Positions 13,406 to 25,340 of a stretch of 64,000 nt of DNA are shown here, in pieces. The position numbers and the translations under genes are program-made. The notes under the pieces are model-generated. The model made no database searches, had not been told where the DNA came from, and worked only from the letters and a program-made list of their open reading frames with translations. Where the stretch lies: NCBI GenBank assembly GCA_051294375.1, contig CM119264.1:16217245-16281244 (forward strand). The letters run 5' to 3'. The DNA comes from Paraspadella gotoi (Eukaryota; Animalia; Chaetognatha). Within the stretch, counting starts at the first letter, position 1, and the number at the start of each line of letters is the position of its first letter.

Positions 13406-14109
13406 ATTATGCATAGTTGCCATAAAAATCAATCGTACTGTCTTAATCCTACTTTTCTTCGTCAAAAAAGTTTTTAGATTTTTGAAAAAAAAAAGAGAAT
13501 TGGCGAAAGCGTTTGGAGAATAATAACCAACGTGCAATGAGGAAAGTGAATCAACACCAGTCAAGGTAGATAACAAACAAACATAATAAATAAGACAATG
13601 TAAAAATCGCCTTTTTAATTGTAATCATCGTATGACTGATCTCTTTGAGATCTGGCTGGATGACTCAGTGTCAGGATCGGGATCGACAAAAACGATGACG
13701 ATGACGGAAGCAAATGCGACGATGAGAGCGACGACAAAACGAGTGAGGCATAAGCGACGATTGAAGCAGCAAAAGAGAAGAGTATTGTGTGTCTGCTTGA
13801 GTCCGCTGCTTCAGGAGCTGCAGCAAGGGGGCTTCGATGAAAAAAGTGTCAAAAAAGCATAATCAAATAGTGAATCAATGAATTGTAAATCGCTTTAGCG
13901 ATTTAATTTACCCTTGAATTTTGGTCGTTTTTTTTCTGTCATTTTTTTCAATTATTTTTTTTCTTTTATTAAAAACTTTTTATTGATTTTTTTATTAACA
14001 GCAAGTTGAAAAAAAGTATGCAAGTTAAAAAAGTATGCAAGTTAAAAAAGTATGCAAGTTAAAAAAGTATGCAAGTTGGAAAANNNNNNNNNNNNNNNNN
14101 NNNNNNNNG

Positions 14110-14735
14110 AGGCTCTATCTTAACTGTCTTATGTTTTTTCACTTTAACAGGTGCAGCTTATCTACTCCACAAAAATGTATCATTTCACATTTAAAAACTT
14201 TCTTCCTTTCATTACTATCTATTTATTATTAGATTAATTGTTAATAATTCACTATTAGTTATAACTTATTCTTGTTGTACATTGCAGCAATGTTTATTTT
14301 TTTGTCTCTCTGTTTCCTCTCTCTGCTCTCTCCTTCTCTGCTCTGATTCTGTCATGCTGTGTCCTCTCTCTCTTTCACAATTGTTTACACACGTTCACTT
14401 CTTTGCACAACTGATCCCCTTTTTCTGTGCTCAACTTAACTGTATCATTCTTAAAACCACTATCTATCTGTGTTGGAAACATTTTTTGCCCGCTCTCGTC
14501 TTCTTCTCTTTCTTTCTATCTTTCTTTCTGCTTGCGTCGTCTCTGCTCTCTCTCTCTTCTTCGTTCTGTGCTCTCTACATCTCTCTCTCTCGTTCTCCTG
14601 CTTCTCTCTTATTCCTTTTTGCACAAATTTGTAGATGCTTTATTAACGCTGATGAAGGCTCGAAATAAAGAGTCGAAACATTTCCGTACACAAATAAAAA
14701 TCGTTGATGAAATTATTTTCAAACTTTTCTTAAAT
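14110..14735 (+). mobile_element. Solo Penelope-type pseudo-LTR ending in a hammerhead
   Basis: Pyrimidine/(CT)n-rich. Shares ttgtacattgc and accacta...tgttggaaac with the pLTR at 31.0-31.8 kb. Hammerhead near its 3' end; that 3' segment is repeated at 15381-15455. Confidence 0.65.
14643..14693 (+). ncRNA. Minimal type I hammerhead ribozyme (PLE type)
   Basis: CTGATGA-A-GGCTC-gaaataaa-GAGTC-GAAA-CATTTC. The partial copy at 15381-15404 shows the palindromic stem III form GAAACATGTC. Confidence 0.75.
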
Positions 14736-15779
14736 CTACTAAATCAACGAAGCTGAAAGGATTAATACAATGGCTAATAATAACTATAATAATCAGTAAT
14801 AGACTAAAAATAATTAATCTATCAATTAATTAAATAGTTAATTTATCACCTGATTGTGACTACACTTATCCAGAACAACTTACAGAACTTCATAATAATT
14901 TTTAATAATCATCTTTAATCATCTTTCGTTACTTTACTGCCTTAATCTCAGTGGTTTAAGGGTGGTTTAGGTTAGGTGTGATTAGAGTTAAGAGGGTTTA
15001 GGGTAATATAGGTAACATTTTTTTAAAAAAAATTAAAAAATCAATATTTTTAAACAGTTTTTCAAAATCCGCAAAACCGCAGTCGGCGAAAGTAAAATTT
15101 ACCCCTTTCGTTTTGTTGCATTTGAAATTAAAATTCAAGAAAAATTGTCAAGAAAATAAAAAACAAATTCAAATAAACAATTTTACTTAGTTCCAACAAA
15201 TTTATTAACATAAATATGTTGGATTAAACTTTCTACAGGCGTCAGTTTCTAAAAAACAGCATTGAAAAACTTATCTTAACCATATTTAGCTCCATGAGGC
15301 CTAAAAACATAGTTATCAAACTAATTAAATTAAATTATCTTTGCTTTAAACTGAGCGCTTTATCCTACTGATCCATCAGCCGAAATAAAGAGTCGAAACA
15401 TGTCCGTACACAAATAAAAATCGTCGATGAAATTATTTTCAAACTTTGCTTAAATATATTATTATTATAATAATAGATTAATTAATAATTATTATAAATA
15501 CATATATATATAAATAAAAATAATTAATATGCATGATTAATTAATTAATTAAATATTTAATAAATTAATAAATAGTTGTAACTTCTTCTTTCTATATAAA
15601 AGAGAAAAAAGGAAAATGAAATGGTAAAATGTATCTTTTTTTATTTAAACTTATGAAAAATTAATTATTAACACTATAAGCTAAGGGGGGATGGACGAAC
15701 GGATGCACAAGCAGATGAACATCTTTTGCTTTGCATAATTTTTGATAATTTGATGTTCCAAGATGACCGACTTAACGCA

Positions 15780-15860
15780 AGGTATGTACCGGGTTGGGAT
15801 TGAACCCAGTACCTAGTGGTCATGAGGTGATGGCTTTATTCAATGAGCCACCGGGTCACG
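15780..15860 (-). mobile_element. tRNA(Met-like)-derived SINE head (family D)
   Basis: Minus strand reads gacccggTGGCTCATTGaataaagccatcacctCATgaccactaggtactgGGTTCAATCCcaacccggt. A and B boxes present; anticodon stem does not pair. Confidence 0.6.
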
Positions 15861-16794
15861 ACTGAAGGTGTCGTGCTTATACTATAAGTTATAGGCGGGG
15901 TGAACTTACGCAATGCCCGACTACAGTTCGACCAATCAGAGACTCGTATTTTGTTTCCGGCGGATCATCCAAATTTTAAATTAAAAACCAAAATACATGT
16001 TTTTCTTTCATTTCCTTTGACGTCATAATTAATAATCTGATTTTAATATTGTTATATTTATATGTTTTCAAGACTATTGTTTATTTTATTATTGTTTTGG
16101 GTTTATGTAACGTTTGATAGAATGTACTCTAGTTTTGTTTGTAAACAAAGCTATTCAACGTTATTATTATTTTTAAGTAGTTATTATAAAATTAATCAAA
16201 GAATTAATAAAGAATTAATCAAAGAAAAAGGCATTTCTAAATTTTTTTTACTGTACGAACACTTGCGGGTTCGTGCGACTTCGAAATCGTGAATCTGATG
16301 ACACGCCGGCGATCAAATAATTTTGTTTCCAAATCTAAAACATATTCTGACTAAATCTTGCAGCCGTAAAATAAATCCACAAAAATCTTGAATGCAAATT
16401 TGGGATTTCGTATTGAGAAAAAAGCACAGAATAAATGGCGATAATAAAGGTTTTTAGAATGGAGAAAAATAATCAGAATTTTGCTTTTGTAGAAAAACTG
16501 GTAGAATATCGGCGACTATCTCTTGCTGAGCATAAAACGATCATGAATCTTTTCCTAAACTTCATATACAATTTGACGATGACCTGAGGGATGAAACTGG
16601 TAAATTGTTATGGTCAAGTTTGATTGAGGGAGGAAAAGAGAAAACAGCGATTGAGGGAGAGGAAAATGACCGACCGACCGAGATTTGTTTGAAAATAATT
16701 TATGATAATTTTTGCGATTCGGGTAAATTCTTCTACAAAAGAAAAGAATTAATTATTTGTGACGAGGTTTTTTTTTTCAACTGCTATTGAATTT

Positions 16795-17090
16795 TTTTTC
16801 AACTTGCATAATTTTTTCTCAACTTGCATAATTTTTTCAAACTTGCATAATTTTTCAATTGCTTTGCATAATTTTTCAACTTGCATAATTTTTCAACTTG
16901 CATAATTTTTCAACTTGCATAATTTTTCAACTTGCATAATTTTTCAACTTGCATAATTTTTCAACTTGGCATAATTTTTCAACTTGCATAATTTTTCAAC
17001 TTGCATTTAATTTTTTAACTTGCATAATTTTTTAACTTGCATAATTTTATTTTTTAACTTGCATAATTTTTTAACTTGCATAATTTTTTT
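16795..17090. repeat. 17-18-bp minisatellite (ttttcaacttgcataat)
   Basis: Tandem units. Related tracts at 14000-14083 (reverse), 20570-20675, 56140-56265 and 58250-58340. Confidence 0.95.
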
Positions 17091-17281
17091 ATGAAATGGT
17101 ACAACCAATATAAAAATTATCCATTCATTTAATAAATAAGCTATCTTGCCCTGACTTTGGACAGGCTTTGGTGGTTTAAAGCCTCCATCACTCTTACAAG
17201 ATAATGACATAGCAGGTCCATGCAAGCTTTCAATCAAGACTCTCTCACAGTCTCGTTTATTCACTCCCAGAGTACCTGGCT
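17085..17281 (-). repeat. Repeat family A, intact copy
   Basis: Reverse complement of 9678-9812 joined to 10072-10127. Confidence 0.8.
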
Positions 17282-19479
17282 TTTTATCAATGAAGTGGAA
17301 AATATTTCAAAGAATGTTTCAATTGTATGAAAAGACCACTCCCTTAAGTATTAGTATTTTTTATACTTGCATAATTTTTTTAACTTACATAATTTTTTTA
17401 ACTTGCAGCATTTTTTCGACTTTTAACTATCTAGTTATCGAGTTCATTAGTGAGGCAGTGAGGAAGTTGAAATGTGTGTCCATTTTCTTTGTTTCATATC
17501 GATTAAAATATTTTTTTTTGAATTTCCATTTAATTATGATTTACTGCAATATGCAAATTAGATTATGTAANNNNNNNNNNNNNNNNNNNNNNNNNGTCTA
17601 CAAAATATGTTTCTTGAACTTTAATTCCCATTCACATTTGATTTAATAGTTTAATTGATAATGTTGTGTTTTCCTCTTATTTTATCTTCAAATTCATTTA
17701 TTTTAAATTCGTTTTAAAAGAAAAAAATATAATTAGGACCCAAACGCGCATTTTTAGTTTACCGCCTTCTCCGCTCGATCGTCGCGGCTTAAATAAAAAG
17801 AACTACGAAGCGAGCGCTAGTTCAAACGTTTAGTGGAACCAAAAAAATTATTTTTCGATGCGAATCTGTTTTGCGAAGAGGGATGGAAAAAACGGCGGGT
17901 TTTTGCCTGCCATTTCTAAACGCGCGGCCGATTGACTTGAAATTTTGCATGCGCAATATTGACATATTTCCTACGATCGATATAAAAATATATAAGAAAA
18001 TGCCACGGACGGCGAAACTACATGCATATCTAGTTAGATGAAGGTTATTAATACAAATTTTTAAATTTTTTTGTTTTATTGATAAAAATTTTAAAAAACT
18101 ATAAAATTCAGCCAATGATGATGATGATGATGATTTTTAACGTTTTTCTGTTTTTAACCAATTTCTTGTCAAAATTTTTAAAAAATTGTAGTACTAACTT
18201 TCAATTTAACTTTCAAGCTCTATAGGAATCCGTTCTTAAAAACTAATTTTTAAAAAAAAATTTTTGTCATTTGTTATATATTAATAAATATTTAAAAGCT
18301 TCAGTGCAACAACCCAATGAACTAATTCAAAAAGTTACATTGAAAATCGATTTAGTAATAGAATAGGGCTGCGCATCGTTCGAATCGAAGTTCCGATCAA
18401 GATCCTTTATATTTTCACTTCTATTCAAAACTGCATAGTCAAAGCCCATACAAATTATATCAATATGGGATAGATTTCGAAAGCTTTGGCGTCTTGGAAG
18501 CCAACGGAGGTAGAGGCGCGATCGAAATACCCATTTTATCATGCCCAAAAAATGGTATTTAAATGAAACTGGTCAGGACCCGTTTTTTTCCCTTTTCCCA
18601 AAAAACCTGCTTGATCTTTTGTAAAATAGAACAAATCAATACATATCAGTAGGTTCCGGGATAGCTTATTGTCTTCTCTCTAGATAGAAAAAAAGAAAAG
18701 TTTAAATTCTTGCAATCTTGAATGCTTGAATAAAGCAATCAAAGAAACTGGTTTTTTAGGTGAAAACTGCATAGTCAAGCCTTCAATTTTTTTTTGTTCA
18801 AGATACCAATCGAAAGAAACTGTATTGTTTTTAACTATCTGTTTCAGGTAGAGCGGCGGGGGTAAATTTAGAGAGTTTTTATATTAAATTTAGAGCAAAT
18901 AGAAAGGATATCAAGTTTTTTGCACGATAAAAGCTTTTTTTAAGCGCGTTCCGGTCTGTATTGAAAATGGTTGACGTAGGTTATCCAATGAGGACAATCA
19001 ATTAAAAAATAAGCATTGATCATAGCGCGATCCGGGCCAGATAAATAGCCAGATATTCAACATGGAATTTACCGGTATTTTACGTTTTAGAACGCAGTCT
19101 GTATGAAATGTTTTGAATTTCACGCCTGTGATATAGGCGTTCTAGGCGTCGTTTGTCCCTTGTTAGTCTCTTATCTTATCTCTTGAAGAGACATTAATTA
19201 TGTTATGTGATAGTGACAAAAACCGTTCAATAAAATCTTAAAAAGCATAGGGATCGAGCTACTTTTAATGATAACCAATATTGATGCGATGATAACCAAA
19301 TATTGATGCGAAGATAACCGAAGGATGATGGCGATGATAACCAAATGATGGATGGCGATGATAGTCATTCATTGATGCGATGCATAACATTCATTGATGC
19401 GATGATAGTCCCTTCATTGATCGGATGATAATCATTCATTGATTGCGATGATAGTCATTCATTGACGTGACGTGACTTT

Positions 19480-20570
19480 GAAAAAAGTATGCATATTTTA
19501 AAAAGAAAAAAGTATGCATACTTTTTCACAAGTATGCATCTTTTTTGAAGTTGCATACTTTTTTGAAGTATGCATACATTTTTTTGAAGTATGCATACTT
19601 TTTTGAAAGTATGCATACTTTTTGAAGTATGCATACTTTTTTAAAATATGCTACTTTTTTTAAAGTATTTCATCTTTTTAAAATATGCATGCTTTTTTCA
19701 AAAGTAATGCATACTTTTTTTTAATATGCATACTTTTTTCAAAGTATGCATACTTTTTTTCAAAAGTATGGGCATACTTTTTTCAAAGTATGCATAACTT
19801 TTTCAAAGGTATGCATACTTTTTTCAGAAGTATGCCATACTTTTTTAAAGTATGGCAATACTTTTTTTAAAAATATGCATACTTTTTCAAAGGTTTGCAT
19901 ACTTTTTTCAAAGTATGCATACTTTTTTTAAGTATGCATACCTTTTTTTTAAAATATGCATACATTTTTCAAAGTTTGCATACTTTTTTCAAAGTATGCA
20001 TACTTTTTGAAGTATGCATAACTTTTTTTTAAAATATGCATACTTTTTCAAAGTATGCATACTTTTTTCAAAGTATGCTACTTTTTTTGAAGTATGGCAT
20101 ACTTTTTTTTTAAATATGCATACTTTTTTCAAAAGGTATGCATACTTTTTTCAAAAGTAATGCATACTTTTTCAAAGTATGCATAACTTTTTTAAAGTAA
20201 TGCATACTTTTTTAAAATATGCATACTTTTTTCAAAGTTTGCATCTTTTTTCAAAGTATGCATACTTTTTGAAAGTATGCATACTTTTTTTAAAATATTG
20301 CATACTTTTTCAAAGGTATGCATACTTTTTCAAAGGTATGCATACTTGTTTTGAAGTATGCATACTTTTTTTAAAATATGTATACTTTTTTAAAAGTATG
20401 CATACTTTTTTCAAAGTATGCATACTTTTTTGAAGTATGCATATTTTTTTAAAATATGCATACTTTTTTTAAAGTATGCATACTTTTTTCAAAGTATGCA
20501 TACTTTTTTGAAGTATGCATACTTTTTGAAGTATGCATACTTTGAAAAAAGTATGCATACTTTTTTGCAA
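19480..20570. repeat. Palindromic ~19-20-bp minisatellite array (AAAGTATGCATACTTTTTTC)
   Basis: About 1.1 kb of tandem units. Source of the spurious KYAYFF/MHTF ORFs. Confidence 0.95.
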
Positions 20571-21562
20571 TGCATAATTTTTTCAACTTGCATAATTTTT
20601 TCAAATTGCATAATTTTTAACTTGCATAATTTTTCAACTTGCATAATTTTTCAACTTGCATAATTTTTCAACTTGATTACCGCTAAATTATCTTAGTCAA
20701 ATCCGACATTGTTTGCTCAAACTTGTTCATAATAAAATAAACCGGATTCAGATATGACAAAATTTTAGATATAAACTATCGTCATCATCATTAGTTTAAT
20801 TAATTTTATTCATTGCATCAATTTACTTACCATTATCAATCATTATCTTTTAATTATAGTTTTATTGCTATCATAAAATTAAAATGATCAAAATGAAAAA
20901 TTAATCGTGAAAGTGACGATAGTGATTCTTAATCTTGAATTAATGATATTAAATTGAGTTAGTTTAATAGTAGTTTTGCTGGTAAGATCAGTCAATATAC
21001 TTTCAATTTATTACTTCTTTGGCTCTCTTGTCTTTTCCCTTTTTATTCTGTTATAATTATGTTATTTTTTGTGATTAATTTTGTAAGGATTCCTTTTTTT
21101 CCAGGGCTTCGCTTATTCTATTTTCTCTTATGAGGCCCGGTTCGCGCATAATCGCTATTATCGGTTTAAAGCTTAGTACTACAGTAGTTTCAAATCCTTA
21201 TTGGATCAAAACGAGTTCGATTTTAAGCGAAAGTTGATCGATTTGAAGCGCGATTTTCGCGACTGTTTTATTGCCATAACTTTTGAACGGATTATCCGAT
21301 TTTTATGAAATTTTGCATATAGATAGTATTTTAAATTTCCCTATCGATCGGTACCAAATTTATTTAAAAATACTCAATAGTTAGAAACGATGCACATCCC
21401 CAAATAGAAGGAAAAAAGGAATTTTTTTGAGAGAATTAAAAGTTATAAAAAGTGTTCAATTTTGACCCGCCTTAGTGTATATATATATACGTTGTGACAG
21501 ATGTTTACAACACAATGTTTAAATAGAGAATTATTTATTCACCAATGACAAGAACAATAACA

Positions 21563-22440
21563 ATGGAAGACATTAATAGGACAATCAAAGGACAACTACA
21601 ATTTCGGTGAAAGTCTCATCCAATCACGCCCCCATTTCAATCCCGCAGCCTCGTCATTTCCTGCGCCGAGTTCGTCAAAGTCGTCAGCTGAAGGAAGGGC
21701 CTCTCTTGACGAACATCTTCGTCATCGTCGACATCGCCTCCAACGTGATCCCTACCTTCATTTCCTCCAATCCTTTTCCTCTTCCATATTACGAATGGAA
21801 ACGTCTCCACATCCGCATCCTCCATCGACGCGGACGTCCCAGATCCACCTACTTCTGGGCGGGGCCGGAGCCCGACGACGACGGAAACTTTAAGATTCCG
21901 CCGAGGCCTTCGAGGAGTTCCCAACTCGAACCCATCCACGACCGGTCGGATCCCGAAGGGGCGCCTCCTCTTTTCTACGCCCCCAAGAACTTTGAGTATT
22001 TTCACTGGCAACGTGGGGCGTCAGAGTTTAAGGCCTGCGATAAAAATAGAGCGAGGCGTCGGGGACCCGGGCTCAAGAGTCGACGCTCAGGGACAACGGG
22101 AGATTTGGCCTTACATGAGAGCATCGTCGCTCTTGACAGCTGCTTAAGAGCATTCGGATCCGCCCCTGGCTCAACTGCGGGACGCTACTCGGCTGGTGGC
22201 GCCAGTGCAGTTCATTCCCCGCGACCCCGACGTGGATCTGCTGCAGTGGAACAGCATGGACCACTATCCTCGGATCATGAGGGAGATTTTGCGGCGGCCA
22301 CGCGAGTTTAGGATGCTCAAGCCAAATTGGACTACGGACCCTTCCCCAATCCATGGGAAGCAAGAAGGGTTTTATATCAAGGTGAGTGGAGAGAAGGACG
22401 TATTAGAAGAAGTGAAGGATGGTACTTTAAAGTCTGTGGG
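21563..22440 (+). pseudogene. GC-rich frameshifted coding-like segment, possibly gag-like ORF1 of a retroelement
   Basis: Overlapping long ORFs 21607-22311 and 22196-22516 in a GC island. No diagnostic motif recognised. Confidence 0.3.
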
Positions 22441-22678
22441 TATTAAATTAATATTGTGGAATGTTTTCTCTTTAATAGGCATTAGTCTAATAGTCATAAC
22501 ACCCAATAAGATATAAGGAGCTATTTTTCTTTCGATTTCGTATAAATGATAAAGTATTTTTTCGCTCCTCTAACTTTTTAAATAAAACCGTCAGGGTGCT
22601 TCAGCGACCTTCAGTTCTCCGCAGACAATAAATTTTCAACCAAAATCAAACGTAAAACAAAACAAACAATAAAAACAG

Positions 22679-22900
22679 GTCCCTCGTGAAAGGCGGGGAA
22701 AACGGTGGATCTTTACTTTAACTACGACGCAAGATCTACGACACGCGCCACCATCACGGCACCGTCGACTCAATGGACTTTACGACAACGTCTGCTCGGC
22801 CGACCTTCACGGATTCCTCGTCCACGTCCCCTGTTCCGACAAGAAGATCGACGAGTATCTCGGGCTATACTTTGGCGAAAGACTACATGAATCCGCGGTG
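22679..22900 (+). pseudogene. Fukutin/LicD-family C-terminal fragment (frameshifted exon)
   Basis: After a possible acceptor aaaacag: VDLYFNYD...CSADLHGFLVHVPCSDKKIDEYLGLYFG, then KDYMNP in another frame. Resembles the fukutin C-terminal D.FF.Y...C......VHVPC...EY....YG..W..P pattern. Confidence 0.5.
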
Positions 22901-25340
22901 ACAGAGAAAAGCGAGAAGAAATACTTTAGCGAGGAATTTCCTCAAAATAGATTGAGTACATAATTTTGATTGGTTAATTGATTGCTTCATTGAGTGATTG
23001 ATAGATGAGTTAAATAATTTATTTTTAATTTAGTTTCTGTTTATTAAATTTGTTTCTTAAAAATAAAATAAAAAACACGAACACAAATTTTTTTTTCACA
23101 TTCGAGTGTAAATTTTCAACTAATTCTGCACTGCTGTTATAAAAGCAGAGTTGTTGGATTCGTTTTTATTAAATCTAAAAAAACTAATAGCTCAATTAGA
23201 TAACAATTCCTTTTTATTTCTTAGCGTATGAAGTGTGAGTTAAAAAAGCGAATTGTAATACGACAGTGAAAAAAAAATCAATAGAAGCAAAAATTTAGGC
23301 CACGAAGTCCAAAGAGAGTTGCGCTCAATCTCGATTAATTACAGATGATACAAGGTCATGAAAATTATGAAAATCCTAAACCAGTAAAACAACCTAGGAT
23401 CATACTTTATTGTGCCAACTAAGTTTGAATAAACAAACACTAAATTACACTTAAAATTAACATATTGTAACAATATTAACACAAGAGGACCAGATTACAC
23501 GAAAACTATTTCATTCGGATGTATTTTGCTTGGAGCGCAAGCTTTCTCAACTTCCAAAAAAGTTTCCTAAAATATATTTCGTATATATTTTAGGTGTGTT
23601 TCAGTGGGTGTTAGATACCACGTTTGTCATACGAGAGATCACATGTCTTTGTAAGTATTAGCACAAGCCTTGTTAGTAATGATTTTCTGTTGGTTATGGC
23701 TGTTTCGTGAGTCAAGTAATCTCGTTTAGGGGGTGTGCAAAAAAGCAGTATTTCGTATAAAAGAGCGGGCAGTATTAATATAATATAAAAATGCTTCTGG
23801 CATTACTTTCTGAAAACCGTTTCCTTTATCTCTGCACATGACAAATTTCAAGGTGACTCCGAGAAATGGTATTTTCCTGGTAACTTCCCTAAATATTTGA
23901 CAAAAAACCTCATAGAATCACTAAACAATTTCCACTTCAAACGACCGTTAGAATTATTTTTTTTTTATTAAAAGGGCTCTTGCTCGTTTTCCCGCGCGAA
24001 CTCCTTCCACGCCACGAGTTCTTGCTCGCGGGTCTTCTCGACGCCAGCGGACAAGAAAATCGACATTTCTCACGACCACGCTCGTTTTTCACTTTCACAA
24101 AAAAACCGTGAAAAACGTCGGAATCATCAAAGTTCCGTTCGCAATGACGAAGTCGATCGCGATTCGAGGAAATCGGAATCTATCACAAGAAGTCTTGTTC
24201 TTCGAGAACCCTTTTTTCTTTGATAGTAAAAAAAGGCGAGATCACTATACTTTAAGATTTTTTTCCTTAAGGGAACCAAGTGACCAGGGGGGGTAAAAAG
24301 CTGAAAGTATAACGTTTGACCCTTTAACTTAAGCTGGTTCTGACTATATGATTCTTTTTTCTATAATCATTTTTAAAAATAAATTTTTAATTAAAAAAAA
24401 ACATATGTTCTTAACTAGGACAATTATAACTTGGAGGAAAAAAATTAAAAAGCAAAAAATGACCAAAACAAAGAAGCAACATAATTGTATCCAATTATCA
24501 TTAAGATATGGAGAATGTGAATTCATTTCTGTTTATTTTAAAATGATATTTTTGAAATTTAAATTTATTTTCGTTAACGTGATACTTATTTGTTAAAATT
24601 CTTGCCTAAGTTATATTGGCTAAGATATATTAAGGTATATGGACTTTGACATGAATTTCTTGTCCTTTTCCTGTCTGTCATTCTTATTCAGAATCATTCT
24701 CATATCATATTTCTTATCATCAGTTCCATTATCATCTTTATTAGCATTGCTTTTATCATGACAGCTAATTTATAGGGCTATAAAATTTTTTTGTGAAATG
24801 ACATAAGATAATTTTAAAACTGAAAAGCTGTAATGGAAACTATAAAAATTGAGATGCTCGGTTGATTCAATACAAAATGAATCAGCACTGGGGAAAAGAG
24901 AGAGAGAGAGCTACATATAATTAAAAGAGAGAGAGAGAAGGAAACATAAAAATAAAAGAGGAAATTTGTTTGTTTTGATAAAACGTAAACAAAACATATT
25001 TAATAACTGTCCCGACCCAATTTTAAGGACATCGATGATGAGAAGCTGTATATAAATTTTCAGCTTCATACACCCAAATTTAATCTTCAAAAAGGCGATC
25101 TATAAATTGGAACGCCGCCAACGACGACGACGCCACTTATTTGCAAAAGCGTTTATTTTGATGTTGATGATGATGATAAGCTGTATATAAATTTTCAGCT
25201 TCATACACCCAAATTTAATCATCAAAAAGGCGATCTATAATTTGGAACGTCGACGACGACGACACTTATGCGCAAAAGCGTTACAAGATCGTCGCAAACG
25301 CAGAGCGATTGCGACGATAAAAACACTTGCTCCGAATTAC

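Noticed and set aside
13027-13576. ORFs rich in KYAYFF/MHTF
   Set aside because: Translations of the minisatellite.
15780-15860. Functional tRNA-Met gene (and tRNA-Gly at ~9946-10020)
   Set aside because: Anticodon stems do not pair and both continue into repeated bodies, so they are SINE heads.
19480-20570. CRISPR-like palindromic repeat array
   Set aside because: Units are head-to-tail with no unique spacers, there are no cas genes, and the context is eukaryotic.
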